From: an uncultured archaeon
GTDB taxonomy: Archaea; Aenigmatarchaeota; Aenigmatarchaeia; Aenigmatarchaeales; Aenigmatarchaeaceae
Direction: 5' to 3'
Assembly: GCA_964347265.1 (NCBI GenBank)
Contig: CAYFXV010000003.1
Location: 3,001 to 67,000 of the forward strand
Length of the DNA stretch: 64,000 nucleotides
A program made the translations under genes and the position numbers. Below, in pieces: positions 38,408-47,409 of the stretch. Within the stretch, counting starts at the first letter, position 1. Each line of letters opens with the position of its first letter. The notes under the pieces were generated by a model. The model made no database searches. It was not told the DNA's origin and worked only from the letters and a program-made list of their open reading frames with translations.

Positions 38408-39235
38408 TTATCCTCTCCTTACTAAAGGTGTTACAACATTAAGATTGGTTATTGGAAGTGGTACTTCTCTTGCATCAGTATTTAAGAATTTTTTAAATTC
38501 TTTTGCTAAATCTTTTCTATCAATGTATTTTACATTTCCTTCTACGCGTCCAATTTGATATGCAGTTGCAGGTCCTCTCAAAAGATATGAAGCTGTTGGA
38601 TATCTTAAGAAAGGTAAATCAGTTAGTTTCTTATCTCCAGCCCCACAAGAAAGTTTATCAAATTTATTAAAAATAAATTCTCTAGTTTCATTAGCCCTTT
38701 CTTCAGCATCCCATAAAGGTTCTATTATATCACCTGTAAAATAACCTCTTCCATCAGTTCCTAATACAGTTCCATGAACTTCAATTTCTACATTAGGTAT
38801 ATGCTGAGCTATTTTATTTTTAACATATAACTTTGCAGCACTTTCTTCACCGCCTGTAAAAATTTTAAATTTTGCTGCTGGAACTTTTTGAAGAATTTTC
38901 AAAAAATTTTTTGTTGGTTTATCTAATTCTGTTTCTTTCACCACTTTAAGCGTAGCACTATGCCAATCAAAAGTTCTTACAGCAAAATCACATAAATTTT
39001 GAGTTATTTCTTCTATTGTATTTCTATATCCAATTCCAGTTTTTTCTAAACTGTTCAAAACTTCTCTTAAGAGACATTTATATCTACCATATTTTCCACT
39101 TCTATCTAGGTAATCTATATTGGCTACAGAAAGATTCTTATATTTAGGATTAACTAAAGTACCATCAAAATCAAAGACCCCATGCAGTTTATTTCTATTA
39201 TAATTTAGGATATCAATAACTTTAAATTCCCACAT
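38408..39235 (-). CDS. HAD-superfamily hydrolase
   Basis: Motif I FDFDGTL and motif IV-like GAGDKKLTD. Confidence 0.55.
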   Translation of the reverse strand: MWEFKVIDILNYNRNKLHGVFDFDGTLVNPKYKNLSVANIDYLDRSGKYGRYKCLLREVLNSLEKTGIGYRNTIEEITQNLCDFAVRTFDWHSATLKVVKETELDKPTKNFLKILQKVPAAKFKIFTGGEESAAKLYVKNKIAQHIPNVEIEVHGTVLGTDGRGYFTGDIIEPLWDAEERANETREFIFNKFDKLSCGAGDKKLTDLPFLRYPTASYLLRGPATAYQIGRVEGNVKYIDRKDLAKEFKKFLNTDAREVPLPITNLNVVTPLVRRG

Positions 39236-39306
39236 ATTTTACCACTTACAAATAGTTATAAACTAATCTTTAAAAAGCTTATTTCTTTTTAAAAATAACA
39301 TATTTT

Positions 39307-40413
39307 ATGAAATTCAGAAAAATCCAAGAAGGAAAGATAAATTTTTATGTTCCTAAAGGAAGAATCTACGATGCTCCTGTATTTTTCAATCCAGAAGCGG
39401 AGTTAACCAGGGACATCTCAATTTCAGCAATCCAGGTCTTTCAAAAACAATTCAAAAACAAAATAACAATCTGTGATGCATTAGCAGGAACAGGAATAAG
39501 AGGCTTAAGATATGCAAAAGAAATAACAGGAATTAAAAAAGTCATTTTAAATGATAAAAACCCGAAAGCAGTAAAACTAATAAAGAAAAACATCAGAGAA
39601 AACAAGCTTTCTAGAAAATGCATATCAAGTAAAGAAGATGCAAACATATTATTAAGAAAGAATGTTTTTGTTGTAATTGATTTAGATCCTTTTGGTTCTC
39701 CTAATATTTTCATGGATTCTGCTGCAAGATCTATTTATCATAAAGGATTTTTATGCGTAACAGCAACTGATCAATCAGCTTTAGCAGGAACTTATCCAGA
39801 ATCTTGTTTAAGAAAATATGGAATAAAATCAATTAAAACTGAATTTTATAATGAATTGGGAGTTAGAATCTTGATTTCTTTTATAATATTAAATCTAGCA
39901 AGATATGACAGAGCTTTCATACCTTTGTTATCTTTTTCTACAAAGCATTATTACAGAGTTTTTGGAAGAGTTGAACATGCAGGAAAAATAGCAAATCTGT
40001 TAAAAGATTTTGGTTATGTTAATTATTGTCCCAAATGTTTGGAAAGAAAGATTGGAAATATTGAAAAAATTGATAGTAAAAAGCATGTTTTTGAAAATTG
40101 TGGTTTGATTTATTTAGGAAAAATATTAAATAAAAAATTCTGCAAAAAAGTCTTAGCTGATATAAGAAAAAGGGATTTTAGATTGAAAAAAGACGAGGAA
40201 AAATTATTAAAAATGTTAATAGAAGAAGCTGAAATGCCTGCTTTTTATTATGATTTGCATTCTTTGGCTAAAAAATTAAAAACAAATATTCCTAAAACGG
40301 AAGTTTTAATTAAAAAACTTAAAAAAAGGGGTTTTAAAGCATCAAGAACTCATTTTTGCTCAACTGCAGTAAAAACTGATGCTGGTTATAAGAAGTTTTG
40401 TAAATTAACATAG
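39307..40413 (+). CDS. trm1: tRNA (guanine26-N2)-dimethyltransferase Trm1
   Basis: INFYVPKG..., FFNPEAELTRDISI, DALAGTGIRGLRYAKE and a C-terminal Zn-like CPKC...C module. Confidence 0.85.
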   Translation: MKFRKIQEGKINFYVPKGRIYDAPVFFNPEAELTRDISISAIQVFQKQFKNKITICDALAGTGIRGLRYAKEITGIKKVILNDKNPKAVKLIKKNIRENKLSRKCISSKEDANILLRKNVFVVIDLDPFGSPNIFMDSAARSIYHKGFLCVTATDQSALAGTYPESCLRKYGIKSIKTEFYNELGVRILISFIILNLARYDRAFIPLLSFSTKHYYRVFGRVEHAGKIANLLKDFGYVNYCPKCLERKIGNIEKIDSKKHVFENCGLIYLGKILNKKFCKKVLADIRKRDFRLKKDEEKLLKMLIEEAEMPAFYYDLHSLAKKLKTNIPKTEVLIKKLKKRGFKASRTHFCSTAVKTDAGYKKFCKLT

Positions 40414-40417
40414 TTCT

Positions 40418-40624
40418 CTATTTTGCTGTAAAATGAACCTTTTTTCTATTTTTTAGTCTATTAAAAATAGGACAATTTCCCACTTTAGTCCAAAAGCACA
40501 AAGGCCCTAAACAAGTTTTGGTTCCTTTGTAATAAAAACAAGTCTTAACAGTATCCCTAATTCTTATTACAGTAGGTCTTTGAGGTTTTAGTTTTCTAAA
40601 CACGAAATCACCCTGAGGAAACAT
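40418..40624 (-). CDS. Doubtful small Cys-rich ORF (68 aa)
   Basis: Listed in the ORF track only. C..C...C...C spacing could be a zinc ribbon. Confidence 0.2.
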   Translation of the reverse strand: MFPQGDFVFRKLKPQRPTVIRIRDTVKTCFYYKGTKTCLGPLCFWTKVGNCPIFNRLKNRKKVHFTAK

Positions 40625-40701
40625 AATAAATCACTTTATCACTTATCCGTAATGAATATATAGATAGAAAGATTTATAAAACTATCGTTCAGTAGTAAAA
40701 A

Positions 40702-40974
40702 CTAAAAAGAAATTAAAAACCTTTTTAAATCAATTTTGCCTTGTTTTATTTCTATTCCTTCTTTTTTAAGCAATTTAATATGCTTGCTAACTACTCTTCC
40801 ATCAGAGTATACAACTCTATAACAAGGATATTTTTCTGGAAAAGGATTCTTACTTAAAAATCTTCCAGCAGTTCTTGGATGAATTCTTAGCTTTTTGGCA
40901 ACAATCTTATATGTAGTAACCTTACCTTTAGGAATTTTTGTTAATAGAATTTGCAGTTCTCTCATTTTATCCAT
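40702..40974 (-). CDS. MGMT-type DNA-binding domain protein (stand-alone Ogt C-terminal domain, PCYRVV active-site-like)
   Basis: IPKGKVTTYKIVAKKL...PCYRVVYSDGRV mirrors the Ogt/Ada C-terminal domain with PC(H/Y)RVV. No N-terminal domain. Length 90 aa. Confidence 0.5.
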   Translation of the reverse strand: MDKMRELQILLTKIPKGKVTTYKIVAKKLRIHPRTAGRFLSKNPFPEKYPCYRVVYSDGRVVSKHIKLLKKEGIEIKQGKIDLKRFLISF

Positions 40975-41535
40975 TTAGAATCTCCTAACAGGTCCAGCAA
41001 CAAATAATCTATATCTAATATTATTCCCTTCTAATTCTTCCATAATTCTTTTAATAACAGCACTTTTAGGATCTGGCATTAATTTTATTCTTTTCTTAAT
41101 ATCTTCAAAACTCTTAAATTCTCCATTCTTCCTCTCTTTTATTACATCCCACATATGCTTCTTGCCAACTCCAGGTAATAGCTCTAATTGGTGTAATCTT
41201 GTGGATATTGGACGTGCATTATTAAAGAAATTAACAAATCTCTTCTCATTGTCTTTAACTAATTTTTCAACTAAAAAAGGCAATTCTGACTTAGCAAAGC
41301 TTGTTAGGTCTTTAACAGTTATTCTTCTCTTAATATGATCAATATGGTCTCTTTTTGAGTTTCCAATGTAAACTGTATCATTGGGTTTTAATGTAACATC
41401 TCTTTTAACCACAACCTCTAAAAGAGAGAAATGTTTGATGCCTAAAACTTGGGCTAGTGGTTCCTGCCTACCACTAGCATGCCCTCTTGGAAGGAAATCC
41501 AATACTATAACGTTTTCATCTTTTAGAATTGGCAT
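40975..41535 (-). CDS. DUF655-family archaeal protein with an HhH motif
   Basis: ENVIVLDFLPRGH N-terminus and an HhH (LLPGVGKKHMWDVI). Adjacency to rpoF is typical of this family. Confidence 0.45.
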   Translation of the reverse strand: MPILKDENVIVLDFLPRGHASGRQEPLAQVLGIKHFSLLEVVVKRDVTLKPNDTVYIGNSKRDHIDHIKRRITVKDLTSFAKSELPFLVEKLVKDNEKRFVNFFNNARPISTRLHQLELLPGVGKKHMWDVIKERKNGEFKSFEDIKKRIKLMPDPKSAVIKRIMEELEGNNIRYRLFVAGPVRRF

Positions 41536-41544
41536 AAGCCATCA

Positions 41545-41874
41545 CTATTTAGAATATTTTTTAACTATTTCCAGTATTTTTTTAATTTCCTTATCTTTTA
41601 GACTAAATTTCTCCCTTGCAAATATCATTCTTAATTCATCTGGAGTTTTGGGGGTTAGATCAAGGATTTTAACCATAGTCTCATCAGACATTCTAAGAAC
41701 TTGTGACAATTCTTCTAAAAACTTCTTAGCATCAGAAGCAGATATTTTAGAAAATTTATTTAAATGATCTAAAGCAAGTTTTTGCTCATAACTTAGCTCT
41801 TTTTTCTTCTCACGACTAAGCATAATCTTCTTTGCTTCAGACATTCCTGTTGGTTTTACTTTTATTACCTTCAT
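41545..41874 (-). CDS. rpoF: RNA polymerase subunit Rpo4 (F)
   Basis: 109-aa helical protein (LALDHLNKFSK...AKKFLEEL...KILDLTP...E) in a conserved position next to DUF655. Confidence 0.5.
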   Translation of the reverse strand: MKVIKVKPTGMSEAKKIMLSREKKKELSYEQKLALDHLNKFSKISASDAKKFLEELSQVLRMSDETMVKILDLTPKTPDELRMIFAREKFSLKDKEIKKILEIVKKYSK

Positions 41875-41923
41875 AATTATCTTATTAAAGTTAGAGACCG
41901 AAGTTTTTAAATATTAGAGTAAG

Positions 41924-42217
41924 TCATTTTCTTAGGTGTTTTTTTCTAACACTCTTTCCGGGTTTAACAACTCTTCTAAATCTAGCACAGCTTGGACAAA
42001 CATATATTTTTCTGCTAAACATGTGAACATTATATCTTTTGATTTGTTTTCTTAATACTGGGTCAGATATTCTAAATCCTTTATGTTTTATAAAAGCTTT
42101 CCATCGAGGAACACTTTTTCCACAAAAACCACATTTAACAAAACCTTCTTTCCCTCTTCTTTTAGTATGGGCATAAGATCTTTTGTATGGTGCTGTGCTT
42201 ATTGGCAAGAAAATCAC
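41924..42217 (-). CDS. rps26e: Ribosomal protein S26e
   Basis: KRRGKEGFVKCGFCGKSVPRWKAF and YVCPSCARFRRVV match the two S26e Cys pairs (IRCTNCARCVPKDKAI / YCVSCAIHSKVV). Confidence 0.65.
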   Translation of the reverse strand: MIFLPISTAPYKRSYAHTKRRGKEGFVKCGFCGKSVPRWKAFIKHKGFRISDPVLRKQIKRYNVHMFSRKIYVCPSCARFRRVVKPGKSVRKKHLRK

Positions 42218-42286
42218 CTCTATATTAATAGCATAATAGACTTTATAAAAGTAAAATTTAAAATCTTTAAAAAGAATGAAGAAAAA

Positions 42287-43741
42287 ATGTTGAATATGTT
42301 AAAAGAAAGATTGAAAAAAATTGGCCCCTGTTTATGGGAATTGCCTAAAGCAGCAAAACCAGGAATGAAAGTTCCAGCTTGGTTATTCCTGTCAGAAAAA
42401 CTATTAAAAAATGTTGAAGAAGGAGCAGTTGAACAAGTTGCAAATGTCGCATTTTTACCAGGAATATATAAGCATTCAATAGCTCTTCCAGACATGCATT
42501 TCGGATATGGATTTCCTATTGGAGGAGTTGCTGCTCTGGATTATGAAAATGGAGGATTATCACCAGGAGGAATTGGCTTTGATATTAACTGTGGTGTAAG
42601 ATTATTAAGAACTAACTTGAATGCAGAACAAATTAAATCAAAAACACAAGAATTATTAGAATCTATTTTTAGAAATGTTCCTTCTGGAGTAGGAAGAAGT
42701 GGAAAAATTAGATTAAGTACATCTCAATTAGATGAAGTTTTGGCTAATGGAGCAAAATGGGCAGTTGAAAATGGTTATGGTTTAGAAAAAGATTTAAATC
42801 ATTTGGAAGAGAATGGAAAAATGGAACAAGCAAACCCAGAAAAAGTTTCAATGAACGCAAAAAGAAGAGGGGCTCCCCAGTTAGGTACTCTAGGTGCAGG
42901 AAATCATTTTCTAGAAATTCAAAAAGTTGATAAAATATTCTTGCCAGAAGTAGCAAGAGTTTTTGGAATAGAAAAAGAAGGACAAGTAACAGTAATGATT
43001 CACTCAGGAAGTAGAGGATTGGGTCATCAAGTTTGTACTGATTATATAAAATTATTAGAAAGTAGGTTTCGTGACTTATTAAAAAAATTGCCAGATAGAG
43101 AATTGGTCTATGCACCTTCAGGAACAAAAGAATGTGATGATTATTTTTCTGCCATGTCATGTGCTGCTAACTTTGCTTTTACAAACAGACATATGATAAT
43201 GCATTGGGTAAGAGAAAGTTTTGTTAAAACTTTAGGAATGAAACTAGATGATATGGGATTAGATTTGATTTATGGTTTGTGTCATAATATTGGAAAAATA
43301 GAAGAGCATCAAATAAATGGAGAAAAAATAAAAGTTTATATTCATCGTAAAGGAGCTACCAGAGCATTCCCACCTGGTCATTTAGAAATACCAGAAGATT
43401 ATCGAAACGTAGGACAACCTGTTCTGCTTCCAGGCTCTATGGGTTCTGCAAGTTATGTTTTAGTAGGATCCGAAACTGCAAAAGAGACTTTCTATTCTAC
43501 AGCACATGGAGCTGGAAGAGTTATGTCAAGACGCGGAGCTTTGAAAAGATTTAGAGGAGAAAAGGTTAAAGCATCGTTAGCTCAAAAAGGAATTTTGGTA
43601 AGAGCTGCAAGTTGGAAAGTTATAGCAGAAGAAGCACCTTCGGTCTATAAAGAAATAGATGAAGTAGCAAAAGTAACAGAAGATTCTGGAATAAGTAAAC
43701 GTGTTGTAAGATTATTACCTTTAGGTGTTGTAAAGGGTTAA
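42287..43741 (+). CDS. rtcB: RNA-splicing ligase RtcB (no intein)
   Basis: ATG at 42287 (MLNMLKER...). FLPGIYKHS, GAGNHFLE, HSGSRGLGHQ and AHGAGR motifs. The ORF track's upstream extension from 42083 has no support. Confidence 0.9.
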   Translation: MLNMLKERLKKIGPCLWELPKAAKPGMKVPAWLFLSEKLLKNVEEGAVEQVANVAFLPGIYKHSIALPDMHFGYGFPIGGVAALDYENGGLSPGGIGFDINCGVRLLRTNLNAEQIKSKTQELLESIFRNVPSGVGRSGKIRLSTSQLDEVLANGAKWAVENGYGLEKDLNHLEENGKMEQANPEKVSMNAKRRGAPQLGTLGAGNHFLEIQKVDKIFLPEVARVFGIEKEGQVTVMIHSGSRGLGHQVCTDYIKLLESRFRDLLKKLPDRELVYAPSGTKECDDYFSAMSCAANFAFTNRHMIMHWVRESFVKTLGMKLDDMGLDLIYGLCHNIGKIEEHQINGEKIKVYIHRKGATRAFPPGHLEIPEDYRNVGQPVLLPGSMGSASYVLVGSETAKETFYSTAHGAGRVMSRRGALKRFRGEKVKASLAQKGILVRAASWKVIAEEAPSVYKEIDEVAKVTEDSGISKRVVRLLPLGVVKG

Positions 43742-44154
43742 ATATCAACTATCACTCTAGCTTTCCATGTATCATTTTTTTCTATTTCCATTTTATGATA
43801 AGTAGCAGCCTTCACTTCTGCTCTAGTTTCATGTTTATCTGGGTTTATTTGTTCTCCCCAACAAGTTGCATCTAATTTGAAATTCTTCTCATCTATTACT
43901 ACTTCAAATTTAGAAAAGGCCAGATTTTCTGCACCATAAAAAACCAAAAGCTCATTAAGCCATTCAAACAACAAACCTTTCAAGTCATCTGCTTGTGCCT
44001 CAACTTTTCTTTTAACTTCAGGTTTTATTTGTTTTGTATTTATCATAACTTCAAACATTGCCAAAGCAGAACTAGCAAAAAGTTCATTTAAGTCTTTTCC
44101 AGTTGCTTCAAATGCGCTATCAGATGTTGTTATATCTAAAAATCTAAATGACAT
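43738..44154 (-). CDS. Archease (RtcB activator)
   Basis: MSFRFLDITTSDSAFEATGKDLNELFASSALAMFEVM matches the archease N-terminus. Convergent with and 4 nt overlapping rtcB. Confidence 0.8.
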   Translation of the reverse strand: MSFRFLDITTSDSAFEATGKDLNELFASSALAMFEVMINTKQIKPEVKRKVEAQADDLKGLLFEWLNELLVFYGAENLAFSKFEVVIDEKNFKLDATCWGEQINPDKHETRAEVKAATYHKMEIEKNDTWKARVIVDI

Positions 44155-44186
44155 AAGAATAGAATTGTTTTTTTAATTTTTAATAA

Positions 44187-44783
44187 TTACTCAGTCCAGT
44201 TTACAATCCAGTGTTCAGTAACAGTATGATCCGAATCCATTAATACTTCACAGCCAAAAAAAGGCGGGTAACATGAAGAAGATATGCATTCCTCACCATC
44301 TTTTGTCCACTTTAAAGTTCCACTGCCTCTTAATTCATAAGCTAAAACACAAGCAACTGAATTACTATCAACTTCTAAAGAAAAAGGAGCCATTTGTGTT
44401 ATATTGGATACAATTCCATTAATATTGTAATTAACAAAAACTGATAAATTAGAAGGATCAGATTGTATACGTAATGTGTATATTAGTGGCCCCGTTGGAG
44501 TAGTTTCTTCACCTCCACCACTTCCTCCACTTCCACCTTCTCCGCCTCCTTCACCACCTTCTTCTGGTCCAGCACCCTCAGTTCCAGATGATTCTTGTGG
44601 AGACCAAGGAAAGGTAAGGTTTCCAGGAGTTTCTGTTTCACCTTCTCCATCTTGTTGTTCGGGAGAGATAATGGGAACAGTTTGTGCAGGCAAAGAAGGA
44701 TATAAAAAGTAAAAAATTATTAAATCTACACAAACAAAAAGTATAATAAAAATAATCCAATGTTTCTTTTTCATAATATTCAA
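44187..44783 (-). CDS. Signal-anchored secreted protein with a Gly/Glu-rich linker
   Basis: N-terminal TM, a GGEGGGEGGSGGSGGGEE linker and a Cys-containing C-terminal domain. Confidence 0.5.
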   Translation of the reverse strand: MNIMKKKHWIIFIILFVCVDLIIFYFLYPSLPAQTVPIISPEQQDGEGETETPGNLTFPWSPQESSGTEGAGPEEGGEGGGEGGSGGSGGGEETTPTGPLIYTLRIQSDPSNLSVFVNYNINGIVSNITQMAPFSLEVDSNSVACVLAYELRGSGTLKWTKDGEECISSSCYPPFFGCEVLMDSDHTVTEHWIVNWTE

Positions 44784-44813
44784 TTATATTTTCTGGTTAT
44801 TAAAAGAAATATA

Positions 44814-45884
44814 TTAATCAGTTTTTAAAGAATGAGTTTGTAAACGAGGATTTTCTAGAGGAGGGAGTTCTGGTAATTTTAATTCTTCTAATACTCTTTT
44901 AGAGCTTATAACAGTTTCCCTGACTTCGTCTCCAAGACTTAGTCCTAAAACATCTTTTGCGTATGTTTCAAAAACTTTAACTTGACTTGCCAAGTTTCTA
45001 GGCAAACCTGTCAAATTTTGGTATTTGGCTAACTCTTCTTTCAAATCTCTACCAACATCTCCAAGATAAATAAGTGAATTTCTTCCTGTTTCAAAGATAT
45101 CACGCAAAGGCCATTCTGAAATCCTCCGTCTAGGTTCGATAATCACAGTTGCTCTTCTTCTCTTCTCTCTAGAGGGAGACATATGGATATGAGTAACTGT
45201 CACAGGTACTCGCTTAGTAAATATCCTTACACTTTCAGAAGTCTTATCAACTTCTACATTTATAGGATTATCAGAATTAGGTGTTGGCACATAACTTTTT
45301 CCATAAGGAAAAGTCTCAACTATTTTACGTTGTTCTTTTACTTTACTCAAAAATTCGTCCTCTTTGAAAACGTAATCAGGGCGGAAATCAAAATATTTTT
45401 GTATTTCTATATCTCTAAAGAAGGGCTGATCTGAAATTTCTTCTCTAAACCTTTGTTGTAGAGCATTTAACACACTATTTGTAAAAACATTTCTATCTTC
45501 TACAAAATTAGCAACTCCTACTAAATCGAAATCTTTATGACCTTTTTCACCAAAACGAGAATTTGTTTGTGTTAATATTTCTTTGTAAGTTTCTTCATTT
45601 AATCTTCTACCCTTTTTTTTAAGTCCTTCCTTAAGCTTAAAATAATCTGGTACATGACCATAACCGCCATCTCTCGATGGGTTATGCATATCTCCTACGC
45701 CAAATATCAAACTGAAATTATAATCTTCTCCAACCTCTTGGACAACCTTTACAGCAAAAGGCCAGGTTGAAACTTTTTTTGATTCTATTGATAGTTTATT
45801 TCTAAAATCGCTTAATACATTTTTGTGTGAATATCCTCGAAACATTTTTTTCACCGAAAATATATTTTGATTAATCCTTCTCAA
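44814..45884 (-). CDS. Hypothetical protein (356 aa), possible phosphoesterase-like GDxH motif
   Basis: FGVGDMHNPSRDGGYGHV is the only motif. Weak. Confidence 0.4.
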   Translation of the reverse strand: MRRINQNIFSVKKMFRGYSHKNVLSDFRNKLSIESKKVSTWPFAVKVVQEVGEDYNFSLIFGVGDMHNPSRDGGYGHVPDYFKLKEGLKKKGRRLNEETYKEILTQTNSRFGEKGHKDFDLVGVANFVEDRNVFTNSVLNALQQRFREEISDQPFFRDIEIQKYFDFRPDYVFKEDEFLSKVKEQRKIVETFPYGKSYVPTPNSDNPINVEVDKTSESVRIFTKRVPVTVTHIHMSPSREKRRRATVIIEPRRRISEWPLRDIFETGRNSLIYLGDVGRDLKEELAKYQNLTGLPRNLASQVKVFETYAKDVLGLSLGDEVRETVISSKRVLEELKLPELPPLENPRLQTHSLKTD

Positions 45885-45987
45885 AGAGTAAAAAATTAGG
45901 TATTTTCTATTAGAATGCTAAACTTTAAATAAGTTTCACAAAAACTATAGTTATTTACTTTAAATAATTAATTGTTTTACGATTAAT

Positions 45988-46797
45988 TTGGTGAAAAATA
46001 TGCAGGAAGCCGAAATAGAAGCATTATTAAAACATTTGGGATTTACAGAATATGAAGCAAAGGCTTATTTAACTTTAATTATTTATGGAACTCTAAATGC
46101 TGAAAAGATATCAAGAGTCGGTAATATACCATTACCACGTGTTTACGATACGATGGGAGGACTAGCAGACCGTGGATTAGTTTTTGTTTCAAAAACAAGA
46201 CCGCAAGAATTCAAAGTTGTAAATCCAAAACAACTTCTTAGTCTATTAAAAGAAGATGAAAAGAAAAAAATGGAAAAGAAAATTGAAAAAATTGAAACTA
46301 TTATGCCACAGCTCCTACGTTCAATACCTGCTAAACCAATAAAAGGTGAGGTCGAATCAGAAGAAGTTATAGCCACAGTTAAAAGAAAATTAAACATGGA
46401 GAAACTTTGGTTTGATTTTCTTTCAGAAACAAAATACGAAATCTTAGTATTTGCGGGTGATCTTTCATGGGTAGAGAAAACTTCTACAATTATTAAAAAA
46501 TCGATTAAGAGAGGTGTTAAGTACAAAATTTTATGGTGTAGAACTGGAAAAAAGATTATTTCTAGAGTTAAAAAACTAATGAAAATGGATATTGAATTAC
46601 GTTATGTTGATACAGGTGATATAAGAGGAGTAATACTAGATAATAAAAAAATATCTTTAGTTCAAAAAATTGATTCTGAAAGGGATCTTACAACTATTAT
46701 AATAACCAATAGACTGATAACAAACATTTTTAGGAGATACTTCATGCATTTATGGGATAAAGGAATGCCTTTAAAAAAGTTCTTGAAAAAAAGTTAA
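45988..46797 (+). CDS. TrmB-like transcriptional regulator
   Basis: N-terminal LGFTEYEAKAYLTLIIYGTLNAEKISRVGNIPLPRVYDTMGGLADRGLVFV wHTH. Confidence 0.55.
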   Translation: MVKNMQEAEIEALLKHLGFTEYEAKAYLTLIIYGTLNAEKISRVGNIPLPRVYDTMGGLADRGLVFVSKTRPQEFKVVNPKQLLSLLKEDEKKKMEKKIEKIETIMPQLLRSIPAKPIKGEVESEEVIATVKRKLNMEKLWFDFLSETKYEILVFAGDLSWVEKTSTIIKKSIKRGVKYKILWCRTGKKIISRVKKLMKMDIELRYVDTGDIRGVILDNKKISLVQKIDSERDLTTIIITNRLITNIFRRYFMHLWDKGMPLKKFLKKS

Positions 46798-46901
46798 ATA
46801 AATTACTAATCGTTCTTTGTCGAATATATCTATACATTTACTACTGGTAACGAGTAAGTTTATAAAACAAAAAAACAATAATATTATATTGTGGCATTAC
46901 T

Positions 46902-47408
46902 ATGGAACGCAGTAAAAAAATTATTTTTGTATCTCATTGTCTTTTAAACCAAAATGCAAGAGCTCTAGGAAGGGAGAAATTTGCTGGATCATTTAAAGAC
47001 TTGTTAGAGTTATTTGCAGCATCTGGCGTAGGAATAGTTCAATTACCCTGTCCTCAATTAGATTTTAATGGTGGATTAAATAGAAGAGTAAGTTCAAAAT
47101 CTTTTTATGAGTCAAATGGATACAGAAAACAATGTCATAAATTATCTATTAATCTTATAAATCAGATAGAAAATTATCTTAGAAATAATTATCTTGTAGT
47201 TGCTATTTTAGGTGTAGAGCTCTCTGCCACTTGTGCTGTTCACCAGGTAAAAAGCGGTAGAAAGAATGTTCCTGGAAAAGGAATCTTGATAGAAGAAATA
47301 GAAATGGAAATGCAAAAAAAGAATTTTCAAGTCCCGATAATAGGGATTAATATTGATAATATTTACAGTTCTATAGAAAAGGTTCAATCCTTATTAGATT
47401 TTTCTTAA
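46902..47408 (+). CDS. DUF523 family protein (TudS-like putative [4Fe-4S] desulfidase fold), paralog 1
   Basis: IIFVSHCLLNQNAR...GVGIVQLPCPQ...C matches the DUF523 pattern. 45% identical to ORF 59457..59930. Confidence 0.55.
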   Translation: MERSKKIIFVSHCLLNQNARALGREKFAGSFKDLLELFAASGVGIVQLPCPQLDFNGGLNRRVSSKSFYESNGYRKQCHKLSINLINQIENYLRNNYLVVAILGVELSATCAVHQVKSGRKNVPGKGILIEEIEMEMQKKNFQVPIIGINIDNIYSSIEKVQSLLDFS

Positions 47409-47409
47409 T

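Noticed and set aside
42083-42286. N-terminal extension of RtcB from 42083 in the ORF track
   Set aside because: The extension (MFYKSFPSRNTFST...) is antisense to the S26e gene and has no homology. The conserved RtcB N-terminus begins at the ATG at 42287.
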